Source: Felis catus (lineage: Eukaryota). From it: a DNA stretch of 64,000 nucleotides. The first letter of the stretch is position 1, and each line of letters opens with the position of its first letter. The notes under the pieces are model-generated. The model saw nothing but the letters and a program-made list of their open reading frames with translations, searched no databases and was not told the DNA's origin. The stretch is taken from the NCBI RefSeq assembly GCF_018350175.1, contig NC_058368.1:230580001-230644000 (forward strand), given 5' to 3'. The position numbers and the translations under genes are program-made. Of this stretch, positions 26,073-40,594 are shown piece after piece.

Positions 26073-27536
26073 CCTGGGAATATATGTGAAAGTTACAATG
26101 TAACAGAGCCCTGACTCTGAAATACACTTTATTGTAAATTAGTTTTTAGGTAGAGTTGTAATAATAAAATTAAACACAGGTTATTTGGAATCAGTTTTCT
26201 CTTCTAGGTTTTTCTCCATCAGATACGAAGTATATAGGCCAGTCCGTAGCAACGGGTATGAATTGTAAAGGAAAGCACTGTGGAAATACAGGAGCCAGGG
26301 AGTGAGCGAATGGGAGAGATGAACATAACTCAGTGTCTCCCCGGATCTGTTTTGCCTTGGGGCCTGAGTTGGTGGATACCTCCGAATGTGTTCCCTGGGG
26401 GGAAGTGTTTGTGAGCTCTTGGTTTAAAGGTCTAGGGACCAGCAGACCTGGGTAGATAAAGAACAGGGCCTCACAGAAGAAGGAAATATATCAGAGATTG
26501 ATAGGGAGGGACAAGGAAAGAGCATTGAGTTAAAATTCCACAGGCTAGATAATATAGACAGAATTCTATCCTCTAAACCATTTAAACTTAAATAACAAGT
26601 TGCTAAGAATAGCTCATTGAAATGCCGCTTTATTCGACTTGATAGACTCTTCCCCTGAAGACTTGTTGGTCCCTATGATGAGTCTGGCACTAGAAGTATC
26701 TGCATTATTATCTGTTAACAGTTGTTTGTAACCACACAAGAAAAACAGTATGTATCTTCACTAAGACGGTAACATTGCTTGTGCCTTATAAATTTAGCAT
26801 TTAATTGGAATGACTGACTGCTAGAAGATATCAATGATGAGCTATTTCCTCCTTAAAGAAAAAAACACTTTTTTATGTTAGTTTGATACGCATGGTATTG
26901 AAACCAGTTGTTTATTGAATACATACCAGGCACAAGGGACTGGGTTGGGTGTCTGGAAGATGGAAACTATTTCTGGACTTGAAAGAATTTTGGGAAGCCT
27001 CATAGATAGGGGATAGACACATATATCTGCAATGTGTTGGTAGATGGTTAAATATGTCTTATGAGTGATATAAAGTCAAGGGCTCCCCAGGGTCTTTTTG
27101 GGGAGGGTGCTATTTCCTTTGCTCTGGTGAGCAAGGGAGTTATCATAACACTTTTGTCAACTCCTACATTTTCATTTGTCAGGTTGAAAGTTAATACACC
27201 ATCCATGCCAATGCATGTTTAGACATTTATTTTTCTCTGCGTGCATGTTCCCACCATTGCACTGTGCAGACAAGTGAGAGAGGAAATTTGACAAGCAATT
27301 TGTATTATGTCAGTTACACCAAATCACATCCCTTGTCTGCCCCCCTAATCACACAAAAGCCTCCCAAAGCCCATCAGGCGTGAAGTTCCAGGGGCTTATG
27401 ACGTTATTGAGGCAAAGTGAGAAGTACAGAATAGACATGAGGAGACTTTAGCAAAAAGAATCTTCCTTTCAGCCACTTAATACAACTATCCCATGACTTT
27501 CAGGAAGTGAGTCACCTCCACTTATTTCCAGCAGTT

Positions 27537-27897
27537 ACCTCATGTAAATGTTTGTGTCCCCCCAAAACTCATATGGAGAAGTCCTAGCCCCCAGTATGTA
27601 TTTGGAGTTGGAACCTTTGGGAGGTGATTATGTTTAGAGGAAGTCACGAGGTTGAGATCATTATGATGGGATTAGTGCCCTTTTATAGGAGGACACACAT
27701 GCACTGAGAAATAGCCATATAAGCACACCCAGAGAAAATGCTATCCAATAAGCCTGGAATACCAGGAACCTAATCTGCTGGCATCTTGATCTTGAACTTT
27801 CCATCATCTGACCTATGAGAGGCAAATGTCTATTGTCTGTTGTTTGAGCCACCCAGTCTATGGGGCTTTGTTTGAACAGCCCAAGATGACTAAGTCA
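27537..27897 (+). mobile_element. MLT1 (A/B-like) MaLR solo LTR
   Basis: aatgtttgtgtccccccaaaactcatatg...gatgggattagtgcccttttata...gccacccagtctatgg...gactaagtca. Confidence 0.85.
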
Positions 27898-27917
27898 CCT
27901 TATTGTGAATCTCTAGA

Positions 27918-28141
27918 GCAATGGCTTTCCATGAGGTGCAACTTTGCCCAACCCCCAGGGGGCGTATTTGGCAATATCTGGAGAGAGTTTTACCTTGGTA
28001 GAGAGGGTTTGCCAGCAGCATCTACGAGCAGAGGCTAGGGATGCTCTCAACCATCCTACAACATACAGGAGAGCCCAACAGCCCCCATAGCAAAGCAGGA
28101 TGCACACCAAATAGCAATGATGCGCAAGTTGAGGAGAACTG
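27918..28141. mobile_element. MER20 hAT-Charlie MITE
   Basis: tttggcaatatctggaga...gaggctagggatgctc..aaccatcctacaa...gttgaggagaactg; preceded by a ctctagag target-like octamer. Confidence 0.8.
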
Positions 28142-30387
28142 TTCCAGATCCTGTACAGCCATCTCCTTAGAATCCCTGGAAACCTGAAAATTCCCCTCTC
28201 TCCCCAATAGCATTAGCCTTTCCTACCTTTCTGCGATAATTCTTAAAACCACCCCAATTAGAAAACCCATCAAGGTGCAACTCTTGGTGGACCAGGTGAC
28301 ATTAGCTGGAAGTCGCACAGGTGGACCCCTACAAATGATCATGCCGTGTCCCCTCATACATGCTTGAGTCTCCCTCCACCTCTTCCTCTCCCTGTTGGCT
28401 CACCACAGAAACTGAGCAGGGTCGGGGGGTTCTAGCAGCTCACACACATAAGATGTGCATCCTGAGATGCATGATTGCACCGTGAGTGCATGGCCCAGAA
28501 ACACTCTGTGGCCAGTTCTTTCCAAACTCTTTATCTCACTCTACAAAGACCCTTTTGGTTTCCCAGGCAACTAAGTGCATTACTGACAAATACATGCATG
28601 CAAGATCTTTATGGTGAAAATAAAACAAGCAACCACCTTCCCTTGGGGAACAGCTTATGCTTCCGTTTTAAGTACTGTGTTGAGGTGACTGACTGTTGTC
28701 TGTGGTGCTTTGGGCCCGAGGTTGGGTGGGGTTCTGGTTTGTTTGTTCATGGCTACTTTTCAAATGTAGAGATCGGATTATGCGTTGTTTACTGTAGTGT
28801 TTGTGGAAGTCTACGTTGATCCAGGCCAATCCCAGGTGCTAGGAGCACCCATGGTATGCACCCTTATCCCTTGCCTCAAGGAGGTTACTTAGGTCAACAG
28901 ACCCTTTTACCCTGCAAGAGACAGGCGTGCATCTAGGGTGGGCAGGGGGCACTAAAGCAGCTTCGGAGAAAGGGAAACAGGAATTCTTTCTTAAATGACA
29001 CGGAGAAGTCAGAGTTAACCAGACAAAGGAGTGAACGACACAGGAAGCAAAAACAAAGGGAGTTAAACCCCGACGAACTCCTGTACAATATTCATAAAAT
29101 TATAAACAGGGACGCCTGGTCGGAGGAGAGAGGCTCCCGAGACCTGCAGGGGCCCCAAAGAGCATATGTTTTGTCTGCTAAATGAGTGGAGCTTGCTAAG
29201 ACGCGGTCAGCAGAAGAGTTGCACACACAGGCATGTGCTGTCAGTTTACTTTGGCTGGGATGAAAACATAATTTGTTTGCATATTTTAAGGCACATTCAG
29301 ACCCAAAACACAGTATCACACGATGAAATCAGCTGATTTTTCTGTTTTTATTGCCCTCCCAAGGAACAAAGTCAAGGTATTTATGTACGCTTTCCAATTT
29401 TTCCCTACACCTAAATCTACATGTAGTCTGTCCCTCCTTCAGGCAGAGAAGAAACCCCTCGGTGGATCATTGCTTGCCTTATTATAAATCTGGAGCCCAG
29501 CACAATGGAAAAAACTGGACAAAAACAAAAACCATTGTTCTTTTTTTGTTTTGTTTTGTTTTGTTGGTCATTGCTGTTGGTGGAAGACTGTGCATGACAG
29601 GACTTATTTCCTGTGTTCCTTCAGAACCAACGTCCCAGCCCCCTTCCTGTGACTTCTTCTTTCTAGACTTCCTAGACTTCCTACTTCCTAGGTAGAGGGG
29701 CGCCCTGGCTTCTCAGAAGCGTGCGGCGCTCCAATTGCAAGTAATCTTTGATTTCCGAGATAGAGATCCTGTGCAGTCACTCACTTCCCTGAGAGAATCA
29801 CTGCAGAGGTATTAGCAGTAATGAAACCTGTCTAATTAACCCTCCTAAAATTCATGAGGAGACTGTTAAAAGGAGTAACTTCTTGTGACAGAATTTTAAA
29901 CTTTATTTTCTGTTCCCAGTAGTGTTGGAGATTATCCCCATGAAAACATCAGAGCTTTTTGTTGCTGTTCAGAACTTTCTAGAGAAATTAGTCTTGAGCT
30001 TGCCAACACATCAGTGCTGGGTCTGTGTGTAGTTGACTCTGGGGAACGCAAAGTGAGTTTGCTTTTTAACGGGTTACGATGAAGCCGAATCCGGGGGTGT
30101 GACAACAATGATTACAGCCGATGTTACGGGGGCTGATACATCCTCATTTTTATTTAAATAGTGTTGATTTCCTTTTGTTATCTTGGCTTAGACACTAATC
30201 TTAGAGACCTCGAAACTGGGGATGTCACTCAAGGAGGTTCCCGAACTTGCTAAAAGCGGAATGCCAAATTACATGGAATTGCCTGAGACTGATGACACGT
30301 GAATATCTGTCAAATAAAACAAAAGACAGTTAACTGTTATGTGTGGTCTCTCCAAAGTAGCTGTCCTAAACCGGACCAAACACCAAT

Positions 30388-30812
30388 GTTGAGCTACCTA
30401 GGGCTGCCGTAACAAAGTACCACTAACTGGGTGGATTAAACGATGTATACGTCTTGTCTTTCTGGAGGCTAAAGGATTTGGGCAGGTTTCTTCTGGATCT
30501 GTGTGGGAGAACCTGCTCCCTGCTCTCCTCCGGATTCTGGTGGTTTGCCAGTAATCTAGGCCATTCCTTGGCTTGTAGAAGCATCACCTCGTCTCTACCT
30601 TCACCTTCACGTGGGAATCTCTGTATGTGTCCAAGTTCTCCTTTGTATAAGGGCACCAGTTATACTGGATAATATGACTTGCTCCAGTGTGACCTCACCT
30701 TAACTGATGACACCGGCAACCACCCCATTGCCAAATAAGGCCACTTTCTGAGGCAGTGGAACCCAGGACTTCGACGTATGAATGGGGGTGGTGCACAATT
30801 TCGCCCATAAGT
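30388..30812 (-). mobile_element. MLT1C-like MaLR solo LTR
   Basis: agggctgccgtaacaaagtaccactaactgggtgg...ccattccttggcttgtaga...ccaaataaggccactttctgagg. Confidence 0.85.
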
Positions 30813-31045
30813 AGCCACCTCCCTGGTTTCACTCCCATTCCACACCAAAGTGAACCACCAACTGCTAAGCAGGCAGCCACTGGGCTCTTCACCACAGGAT
30901 GGGGCGAGCCGCTGAATTGTTTTGGTTAAAACCAGTGAGGATGACAGTCCTGAGTCTCTGCCTAAAGAGAAGAAGGAAAGGAGAGAACTCAGAAAAGAGA
31001 AAAGAACATTCATTAAGAAAAACAAAGGGGGCGGGGGGAGGAAGG

Positions 31046-31700
31046 TGCAGTGAGGTGAATGGTGGCCCCCGAAACAGATGTCCACATTCAAGTCCCTGGA
31101 ATGTGTGAATGTGACCTCATTTGGTAAAAAGGTCTCTGCAGATGTCATTCAGTTCAGGACTTTGAGATAAGATCCTCCTGGATTACCCAGCTGAGCCCTA
31201 AATCCAAGGGTAAATGTCCTTTTAAGAGACAGAACTGGGCACAACACAGACCCATGGAGAAGATGGAGGCAGAGACCAGAGTAGTGCAGCCACAAGCCAG
31301 TAAAATGCCGGAAGCCACCAGAAGCTTCAGGAGGCCAGAAGGATCGTCTCCTGCTGACACCTTTGATTTCAGACTACCATCCCCATGAACTGTGAGAACA
31401 TTTTCTGTTTTAAAAATTTTTTTAAATGTTTATTTCTTTTTGAGACAGAGAGAGACAGAGCGTGAGCGAGGGAGAGGCAGGGAGAGAGGGAGACACAGAA
31501 TCTGAAACAGGCTCTAGGCTCTGAGCTGTCAGCAAAGAACCCTATGCAGGGCTCAGACCCACGAACAGCGAGATCATGACCTGAGCTGAAGTCAGACGCT
31601 CAATCGACTGAGCCACTCAGGCGCCCCAGAAAATTAATTTCTGATGTTTAACACCACCCCATTTGTGGGAATTTGTTAAAGCCATCACAGGAAACTACTG
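31046..31700 (+). mobile_element. MLT1D-like MaLR solo LTR interrupted by a SINE
   Basis: gaatggtggcccccgaaacagatgtccac...gaatgtgacctcatttggtaaaaaggtctctgcagatg...; resumes after 31627 and ends ggaaacta. Confidence 0.85.
31408..31627 (-). mobile_element. CAN-SINE within MLT1
   Basis: Full body ending gagccactcaggcgcccc. Confidence 0.94.
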
Positions 31701-34700
31701 GAGAAGGAAAGAAAAAAAGCACTATTTCCAGGGAGCCCAGATGTCGCCAGTGGTGGCCTATGGGGACACCACCCTGAAGTCCCGAAACCCTTTGCAGCTT
31801 TGCTCTGGCCTGCTTCCTTGAGGAAGAACAGAACCACCAGAGGATTCTGAGCGCCATGAGAAAACGTGGTTTCCCTTCCTTGAACATGGCTATTTATTCC
31901 AGCCCCTCCCATCACTCAGCTCCTGTGCGTGACCTTTGCGACCAGTCACTGGTGGGAAGGTAATCGCCTTGAGAACTACGTGCAGCTTAATGGAATTATG
32001 TCAGGCCCAACAGACACCACTGATCCTCATGCTTTCAGACGAGCTAACAGCCCATACATGCTTGAAAGCCTACTCGAAATTTCTATCGGCTTGCAAAGAA
32101 GGCAGAGGAGACTGCTCTTGGTGGATTACAAGGTGTACATAAAAAGCATTTCTATAATGGGAAGACTCCTCATTGTTTTTGCTTGATGCTTGGTTTAGAT
32201 TTGCATGGTTTGGATTGTTTCGGTTTGATTTGATGGTGCTAACAATAATCACTTGATAATAACAGAGAAACTGTCGGTTGGCCATTATGTAGGCTCTTGA
32301 GTCATCCTTTTAGATCATGCTGAATCAGGCTCAACAGAGTTCCTGGGCCGGGCCTGCAGGACATACTTCGTGTCTCCGTTTTAGAAGGTGACACTGCGAA
32401 GAAGTCATCCTTACCGAGTGAATGGACCCCCGTCACCAAACCTCACTGTAGGGAGAGCAGATGGCCGGGAAAATCAGATTCCTGCCAGGCGACGGCTGCC
32501 GTCCCGCTGTGCAACCCGCGAGACGATGCCGGGTGGGTGTCTGTGAGCCCGTCACTCTAGACAAACGTGCCTGACAGCCTCTCTCCCCTGCCTGGGCTCC
32601 ATGGTGCACGACACAAATAGGCAGTTAGGGTTCCCCCAAACTGTGACAGTTTAGATAAGAAAACGCAAACACGGCCCCTTAGCTTGGCTTTAGGGCAACT
32701 GACCTGCCTGAGCATTGTGTCTAATAGTTTCCTACTTTTTTAAACCTTCGTGCAATCCCTTCTGTTTGCCATATCTTTCTCCTTGGCTACAAATGAAATC
32801 CCACGACAATAAATTGCCGAAGGAGTATCCAGATTTTTTTTTCTTTTCCTAGAATTTGCAGTATTAAATGTCGCTTGTTATAAAGATGCCATCAGTTGGG
32901 TTCAGATGTAATATTGAGTTCTTTTTGATTGAATGGGATTCACAGAAACAAATCGGTCCATTTTTAGTTTTCTAGACTCATTATTTGCTTCTATCTTTAT
33001 ATCTAGTCTTTTTAAATTTTTTATCTTCATACCTCCTTCTTTTCCTATTTCTTGTTTTTCTAGTATAGCACACACCCACCAAAGTTTTCAACTCATTTGA
33101 TGTATAAATCCTTTAAGTTTTAGTTTTACACACACAACATAAGCCTACAATATGAACACTGGAGTTGTGAACGCATCAGAAATGCCAACAATTCCATATG
33201 AAACGTTCACTGTGGTTAATAAAAGAAAACAGGGTATATTATATAGCCCAAGATAATTTTACAGTTCATCCGAGAAATGTTTTGCCTACCTAGGGAATTT
33301 AGAGAGATAGCTAAAACACAAACCAATTTTCATTAAAATAATTTGTCAATATCTTTGGGTTCTGGTATTCTTTCTTTTGAATTTGGAATTCTGTGTACTA
33401 TAAAAATACAAAATATGCCACGTTTGTTTACTCTGAAAAACAAAATCCACAGGCAGAAAGTAAAAGACATGCTCTGACATAGACATCAGGTTTTATAAAG
33501 TGACACTATTAAAAATCAATCTCAAAGTGATGAGAAGTTTGTTTTTTTTTTAAAGAAAAAGTATTTTAAAAAAATGTTCTTACTTTTATTAGTAGGGACT
33601 GCTCTGAATCTTCTTGTGTCCTAGTGAAGGAGATTGTCTCCTAAGCATAAGGGAGGCAGGAATTTTATAAGATTTGGATAAGTTCAGGCCCTGGCATATA
33701 ATTTAGGGCCCATGAGGTGCGTTAGAGGGACAGACTGATTGATGATCCGGACAGCCCCAAGCTGCCTTGAGTTACCTGTCATCTGAGGTTTATTTCAGCT
33801 ATGAAGGTAGATGACCCATAGCCAGGTTTTATGTAAGCAAAGTCAGACCCTGAGGAACCCATCACCCAAAGCCAAATAAGATCCATTCGCATCCAAAGCT
33901 CAGTTCAGTAATTTAAATTAGAACTAGAATTGCCTAGTGGAAATCAGTACGTGGCTTGGCTGTTCTGTACTAGGAAGGAAAGCAACTTGGGAAACAAAAT
34001 TAAGTGAATTTCAATCAATGAACTTCCTCCGAGAACCTATACTAGGAATTGCTCTTCCATAAGCAGCTCATTGGTCAACAAAGAAAGGGAATCATAGCCA
34101 AAGAATGTATATCCTCCTTCTGTGACATTTATGTCTCTGATTTATGAAGTCTGCTGTGAACCAAGTATGAGGGTAAGGGGTGTATGAAATCAGAACAAGA
34201 CTGTCGCATTTAGGAATAAGGTACACTCTGGGAGAGGCACTCCTGTCAGCCCAAACTTAAAATACACTGCTGTCCGTTGTCTCTGGCCGTGTCTTTTGTA
34301 TAGTTAGAGCAATTCTTTTAGTTCTGATTTTATCGACATTGCGTCAAGTTGTTACGAAATTAGGATTTCTTTGGTGCTGAAGATCTGTGAGTCCTCGGTG
34401 ATACGCAGGCATAGAAAGAGGAACAGGAACGTGGCTGCCCTCATTCAGCAGGGCCACCCAGGGTGAGTCCCTCAGAATCCCAGTTCTTTGGGACAGGAAT
34501 GGGTGGCATGCACAACAAGATTTCCTTATTCGGATACAATATTCAGATATCTGGGAAAGTCTAGATTAAACGAAGTTCACCAAGTGGTTTCATTTTGTCT
34601 CACTGAAGGACTGACGGGGCCCTTCCTTTGCTACTATGCATGGCAAATTTCTGAGGGTCAGGTGCAGCATTTCCCACACTTAGGCTACAGAGAAACCTTT

Positions 34701-35054
34701 TCGAGAACACAGCATCCTAAAGCACTGGTATTCCTGCGATCTGTCATAGAGGAGGGAAAGCCGCAGGGTGGGTGTGAGCCCAGTTCTCAGCCAAGCACTG
34801 TTGTTGCGTCTTCTTACGTTGCGTAGTCAAAGAGCCCGTGTAAATTGTTTATTGATTTATCAGCAAACACGGTATTAGATGTCACCCTGTCCTCAGTGTG
34901 TGTTACCATTGGGAAGGTCTGTGACATGTTTAAGCTAACGAGACACAGCTCCTACGATGTGACTGTAGAACGACTGATCGGATAGATGAATTACATGGCA
35001 GGTGTCACACAGGAGGTGAAATTACACCTGTGATTTTACCTGTGTAGCATGCAT

Positions 35055-35135
35055 GAACAACATATAGAGCTGATGAGTCTCTATATTGGGCACCTGAAAC
35101 TAATGTAGTTTGTGTGTAAACTGTACTCAAAAAAC
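35055..35135 (+). mobile_element. Short L1 3' terminal fragment
   Basis: cacctgaaactaatgta...tgtaaactgtactcaaaaa matches the L1 3' terminus seen in reverse at 7357 and 13142. Confidence 0.6.
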
Positions 35136-36544
35136 CTTTTTAGAAAGGAAGATTATACCTGTGGAAAGAGCTCAGAGGCAAGAGAGAGGAGGGCTGGTCG
35201 GGGAGGGGAGCTTCGAGCTGGGAGACTCACAGAAAGGGACCAAAGCCAAGAGACAGTTAGCTCTGCGACCTTACACACATCATCTAATCTCTCTGGGCTT
35301 CATTTGTCGTTGTGAATTGCACCTGCTGTTCTTATGCCCCCACGGAAATGCTAAGTCGAAATTGAAACAATAGATGTGACTTTTCTTGAAAAAGTTAAGC
35401 TACTCTATAATGTAATCGATGAGTAGTGGCATATGAAGAAAACCTGTAGCTGATTCCCTGTCTTTGTGACCTTTGTTGAGACTAATTTTTATTTTGGCAG
35501 ACGGGTAGATGGATTTGAGGAGGCAATACAAGGGACTGCGGTGTTGTAATTCATCATTATTTACATTAATCATTGTGTTACTGTTATCCCAAAGTGCCAA
35601 TGTCAGGTCAGAGGACTACCTTCAGGTTCTCCTCCTGAAAACCAACTTAGCTTATGAAAATGCCAATCTCATCGTGTCTCATGCTATTGGCTGCTGAAAT
35701 TTTTCATACTGTTTCTGCTGGGAGAGTTCTTCGGTCTTTGCTGGATAACAATCTTGACCTAAAAATAAAGAGCCTTCCTAGGTTTCTCCCCTGAGGCTAG
35801 AGTCAGTGAGTTTAAGTTTTCACCTTTACCTCCTTTCTGCTAAAATTAGACGATGAATTAGCACAATTTTTTTGGCTATCATGCTAAATATTTAATCAAA
35901 TTATTCAAAACCTGTTATAATGTGTCATATCAGTTGCTCGACTCATTTTCAGTATTTCCCAAAAATCATCTTATTTCCAGTTCAAAAGGTGCTGCAGCAA
36001 GCTTCCTGCCATTTTTTAATTAACTGCCATTTTTATTTTTAGAGCAATTCTTACACAAATTAAATATGCTTATCTTAGCCACCTCCTTGTCCGTATTTCT
36101 ACTCATTACCTTACTTCTCAACAAGTATGACAATTTTTCAAAATCTAACACAGTGAAATCCTCTGGATAAGAGCTCAAGGTGCTAAAAGGTACAATTCCT
36201 TTTGTCTTCTAAACAGGTGGAAGGGGTTATTTATTTGGCGGTAATAAGTCTTGAGAGAACTGTGCACCATCCACTAGAAACCTATAAAATTCTGCATTGT
36301 TTAATATTATTTCCATTCAGAGGGCTGAGTTCTTGTTTGAATCATTTTCGCAGACCAATTGCTTATCAATCCTGGCATGTGAAATAGGTCCTTATATGTG
36401 TTATAAGGCTGCACTTGTTTTCTAAAATCATAGTTTTGAGACAAAAAGCATAAGGAATTTTTGGGTTTCTTCCAGAATTTGTCTCAACTTTTGCCGACAG
36501 CAACCACTGATACCTTGGCTCCAGCTTATCCCATTCTACTATGC

Positions 36545-36588
<44 letters not shown>
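36545..36588 (+). repeat. (CT)n microsatellite
   Basis: Interrupted CT run. Confidence 0.95.
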
Positions 36589-36591
<3 letters not shown>

Positions 36592-36916
36592 GATAAATCT
36601 TTAATCAATTAAAGCAACCGGCAGATCCATAAAAGAAGGTTCATTTTTTGGAAAAATCAATGCATCTCATTTAAATATTTATTCGAACCCAGCAGGAGCG
36701 AAGGATTAGATGTGGAGATGAACAGGTCTCATTCTGGGAAAAAGGGACTGGCATGATTGGATCAGAGGGCTGGTGTTGCCACAACTATTTTCCAGTCTGT
36801 GAAAGGGAAATGTAGAGACAGAAGCATCAAGAGAAAGGAATTTTTACTTATGAAATGTTGCAAGGCATCCAGACTTCATAAGAACCAGCCTTCCACATTT
36901 AAAATACAGAAGTACA

Positions 36917-37039
36917 GGGATGCCTGGGTGGCTCCGTCCATTGAGCATCTGACTCTTGATTTTGGCTAAGGTCATGATCTCAGGGTTGTGGGATCAAGCC
37001 CCACCTCAGGCTTCATGTTGAGCATGGAGCCTGCTTAAG

Positions 37040-37077
<38 letters not shown>

Positions 37078-37155
37078 GCTCTCCCCACCCCCTGACCCCT
37101 CTTCTCCACTCTCTCTGTATCTATAAAATAAAAATAGTAATAATAACAAAATTAA
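36917..37155 (+). mobile_element. CAN-SINE with expanded (CT)n
   Basis: Head gggatgcctgggtggctc; flanks aagtaca on both sides. Confidence 0.93.
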
Positions 37156-40100
37156 AAAGTACAATCTTACCATGGTTTGTAAGCTTATTGGTTGATCACT
37201 TCATGCTGGACAGTGGTGTTCTCACGAGATAATCATGGCATCTGTCGCAGGTCGGTACCGTGAATGTCAGAGAGAAGGTTGATCCGGGAAGTCAGCAACT
37301 GCTAACAAATGATCCAAACATTCATTTTGGGGTACTAGGATTAGAAGGACCATCCCGTATTACTTTTTCTTTTTTTGATTTGTTTCCCTGGGTTGATTTT
37401 CTGGTTTTGTCTTGTTTTCCTGATTCTTCTCTGTGATAAGCTCGTGATATGCACATGGTCATGACGGAGACGGAACGTGGTACCGGTGCTCCTTCACAGC
37501 CCCTCCTGATGCAGAAGTTCCGCTCCTATGATGAAGATGTCAGCTTAGAAGTTTTGTTATTTGTGACCATCCATCACTTCGATGGTTTACTTTATCTGAC
37601 CAGTACACAGACATAGGTATAGCAAGCAGCGTGGATTCATTCACAAAGACTTCTTTGTATGGTTATCAAAGCTAGACCTATATGATAATAAATCTTCAAA
37701 GTTAACTTTTGTTTTGTTGGTATATAGCTCCTGGGTTTGTAATTTTGGCCACGTTATTCAGCAGAAATATTGCATTTCCTTTCAGCTCATCTACAGGGAC
37801 CAGTAACCCAGAACTCTCAGAGTCAACCTCTGCCAGTCTTCACCCTCTCCCCCTGTATCTCTCTGAGCTGTAACTTTCCAGTGCCCTGGCCATGCTGCCT
37901 GAGGGCAGGGCTCCTTGGGTCATACAACAGTAGCCAAGCCTGGGAGGAGGTTGTAGGCATTAATTCCACCAATGAAAAGTGCTTGTCTTTTAATGGGCTT
38001 GTCATGCCTAATTATATTATATTTCCCTTAAATGTGACATCTATGGATACAGACTTGATTTTTTCAATTATGCTCTACTAGAAAGGAAGAGAAATTCCAG
38101 TTCTCTCCATGAAAACCTAGGGTCAAAGAAAGTAAATAAATTGGTCAAGGCAATTTTTTATATTATTTAACTACCGTTTTAACTTGTGTAGACAAGACCC
38201 ATCAACATGTCGTTATATTTACAGAATTATTAGTAACTCTCCCTGGTAATTTATTATCTTACCTATTTTAAGAAAATTTTAGTACATTTTTTCCGAATTC
38301 TGAATGATTAATTACAACAAAACCCTATTTAAAGATTGTTTTATCAAGTTTTTAGAAGCATAACCTGTGAAATCAAGCGTTTATAAAAGACAGAAGAAGT
38401 AGAAATAAGGAAGCTTCTAACATGCCCAATTCAAAGTAGAACATTAACGACAATTAAATTTGTTTCACTTAGTCTAAGTAATTAATCCTTGTTCTCTTGA
38501 TCTTGGGTTAGTTAGCAGTCTTTCAAAGTGAATGAGTTCCGGAAAGCCTGACTGAATCTCTTAGTAGTCTGAGAGATGTTCATTTGGTTGACGATATCAC
38601 TTCTGCAGGGGCACCTGTAGCCAAGAGCCTAGTTTCTATTTTATCAAGTGTTAAGAGGATGTGTTGGAGCCCTTTAATCAGGCTATTTTGATGTTTCTTC
38701 CAACTGACCCAATTACAGACCTGTGGCTCCTGCAGGGGTCTTTAGGCGAGCATGAGAGAAAACCAGAACCCACCCGTTGATGATAGGGCTGAAGGGCTGT
38801 GATTACTCATCACAACCAATAATAATAAAATTGAGACAATTTTAGCTTTATAAGGTGTTAGGGACTAGCATGAAAGTCAGTATACATTGTGGACAGGGAG
38901 GGCACTGAAAACCTCCAGGACCTCATTGTTTATCCCATAAAGATGACGTTAGGATCTTTGAAACCTAGAAATTGAACCTTTCTTTTAAAAACTTGTTGAC
39001 CATCCCTGTGCCATTCTTTAACACAAAAGGAATCATGCTTTAACCAAAGTGGAAGGTTCATAAGTGCTGAGGCAGAATAATACTACTTGTCATGATTAAG
39101 TGGAGGTCAAGTTTCTCTGGTTTTTATCTGCTAGGTCTTTTTGTCTTGGAAGCCTGATGAAAGTACATCTCCCACACTGGTATTAAACCAAATAAAAGCC
39201 TGCAAAAGTGCAAATATCCCTCATTATTTCCAGCATCTTTATTTTATAAAATCAGGAAGAAAACTCCTTGATATTACCCAGCAACAGTCCGGGAACCCTA
39301 AGATGATTTTAGATGTAAAAGACATTGTTTAAAGTTTTATTAATTTGACGACGGGGTGTAGACTTGGGGAAGACAATTTCAAAAAGGGTTCTCAGGGGAC
39401 AGAAGATACGAATATAAGTCTTTAGTGTGTAAAGACAAGAAATAACTGCAGCTTGATTCAGAACTTTCCCATGTGAACAAGAATTCAAACGTTTTCAGTA
39501 GCCAAGAAATACCATCTTGAATGCTTCACCTCTTTGGTCTGTAAGCCACAGAAGCCAGTTTTATAATACAGATTTTTTTGGCATATGTTTTCTCCTCTTT
39601 TATAATAAACTGTTTTTATAGATACCCTTATAATGTATACAGTGACAGATTTTATGATACATGAGGGCCAGTCATTCCCCAAGGAGAAAGAAAAGGTCCT
39701 GGTCACATTATATAAAGAGTTATGGCTATTGACAGAGCATTGTAAAAGGCTAGCGCTCACTCTTTGGCAAAGGGGGCAAAGGCTCTTTTCACGTTTACCT
39801 ACAGACACACAATCACATTGAAATCAGCACCTCACTTTCATATCTTCAACCACCGATCAAAAGTAACTTCAGAGTGGAGAGAAGATTCTGGCAAAGTGGC
39901 AGAGTAGGAAGCACCAGGAATCTGGCTACCCACATTGGCAGAATCTATCTGATGTATTTTGGAACTCTGGAGTCTAATGAAAGCTGGAAACTTGCAAGGG
40001 AAACTTGGAGGGTAAATAGTGATATTAATTTCAGTCAATGTCAGCTCTTAGCACAGTATCAAGTACGTATCCCTCACCCCAAACCCCTTGGCAGGCAGCT

Positions 40101-40594
40101 ATGTATGTGTTCCTGAGCAACTTGTGTGCAGCTGGTGGGAACCAGGGTGGGCATTGAGGACTCTGCCCTCCAAGTATAAGGGATCTACAATCTGATCACT
40201 GCTGCTTCTGATAATGGAGGTGCTGACACAGAGATAGGCAGCCATTTTTGCACACCTCACACTGTTGCAAGCCCCTTCCCCTCTGGCTGAGGTGACTTCC
40301 AGGGGATTTCAAGTGTTGGAACCCTCCCTTCCCCTTCAATTCATTTTTCTTCCCTTTTGGGAGCGAGACTTTAAGGACTAGGAGATTCATAAGCAAATGC
40401 ATATGCAGAGGAAATTAACAGCCCCCCACATTCCTGGAGAAAGGCACAAATTCAGAAAAGACCTGAGAGGACTTTCAGGTTTATACCTCAGGCTGATCCT
40501 CTGGATGCCTATAACAATCAAAACAAAAACAAAAACTAAAAAAAACAGCAAACTTGGGGAAGGGGAAGAATCTAATTTCCAGGGTTACATAAGG

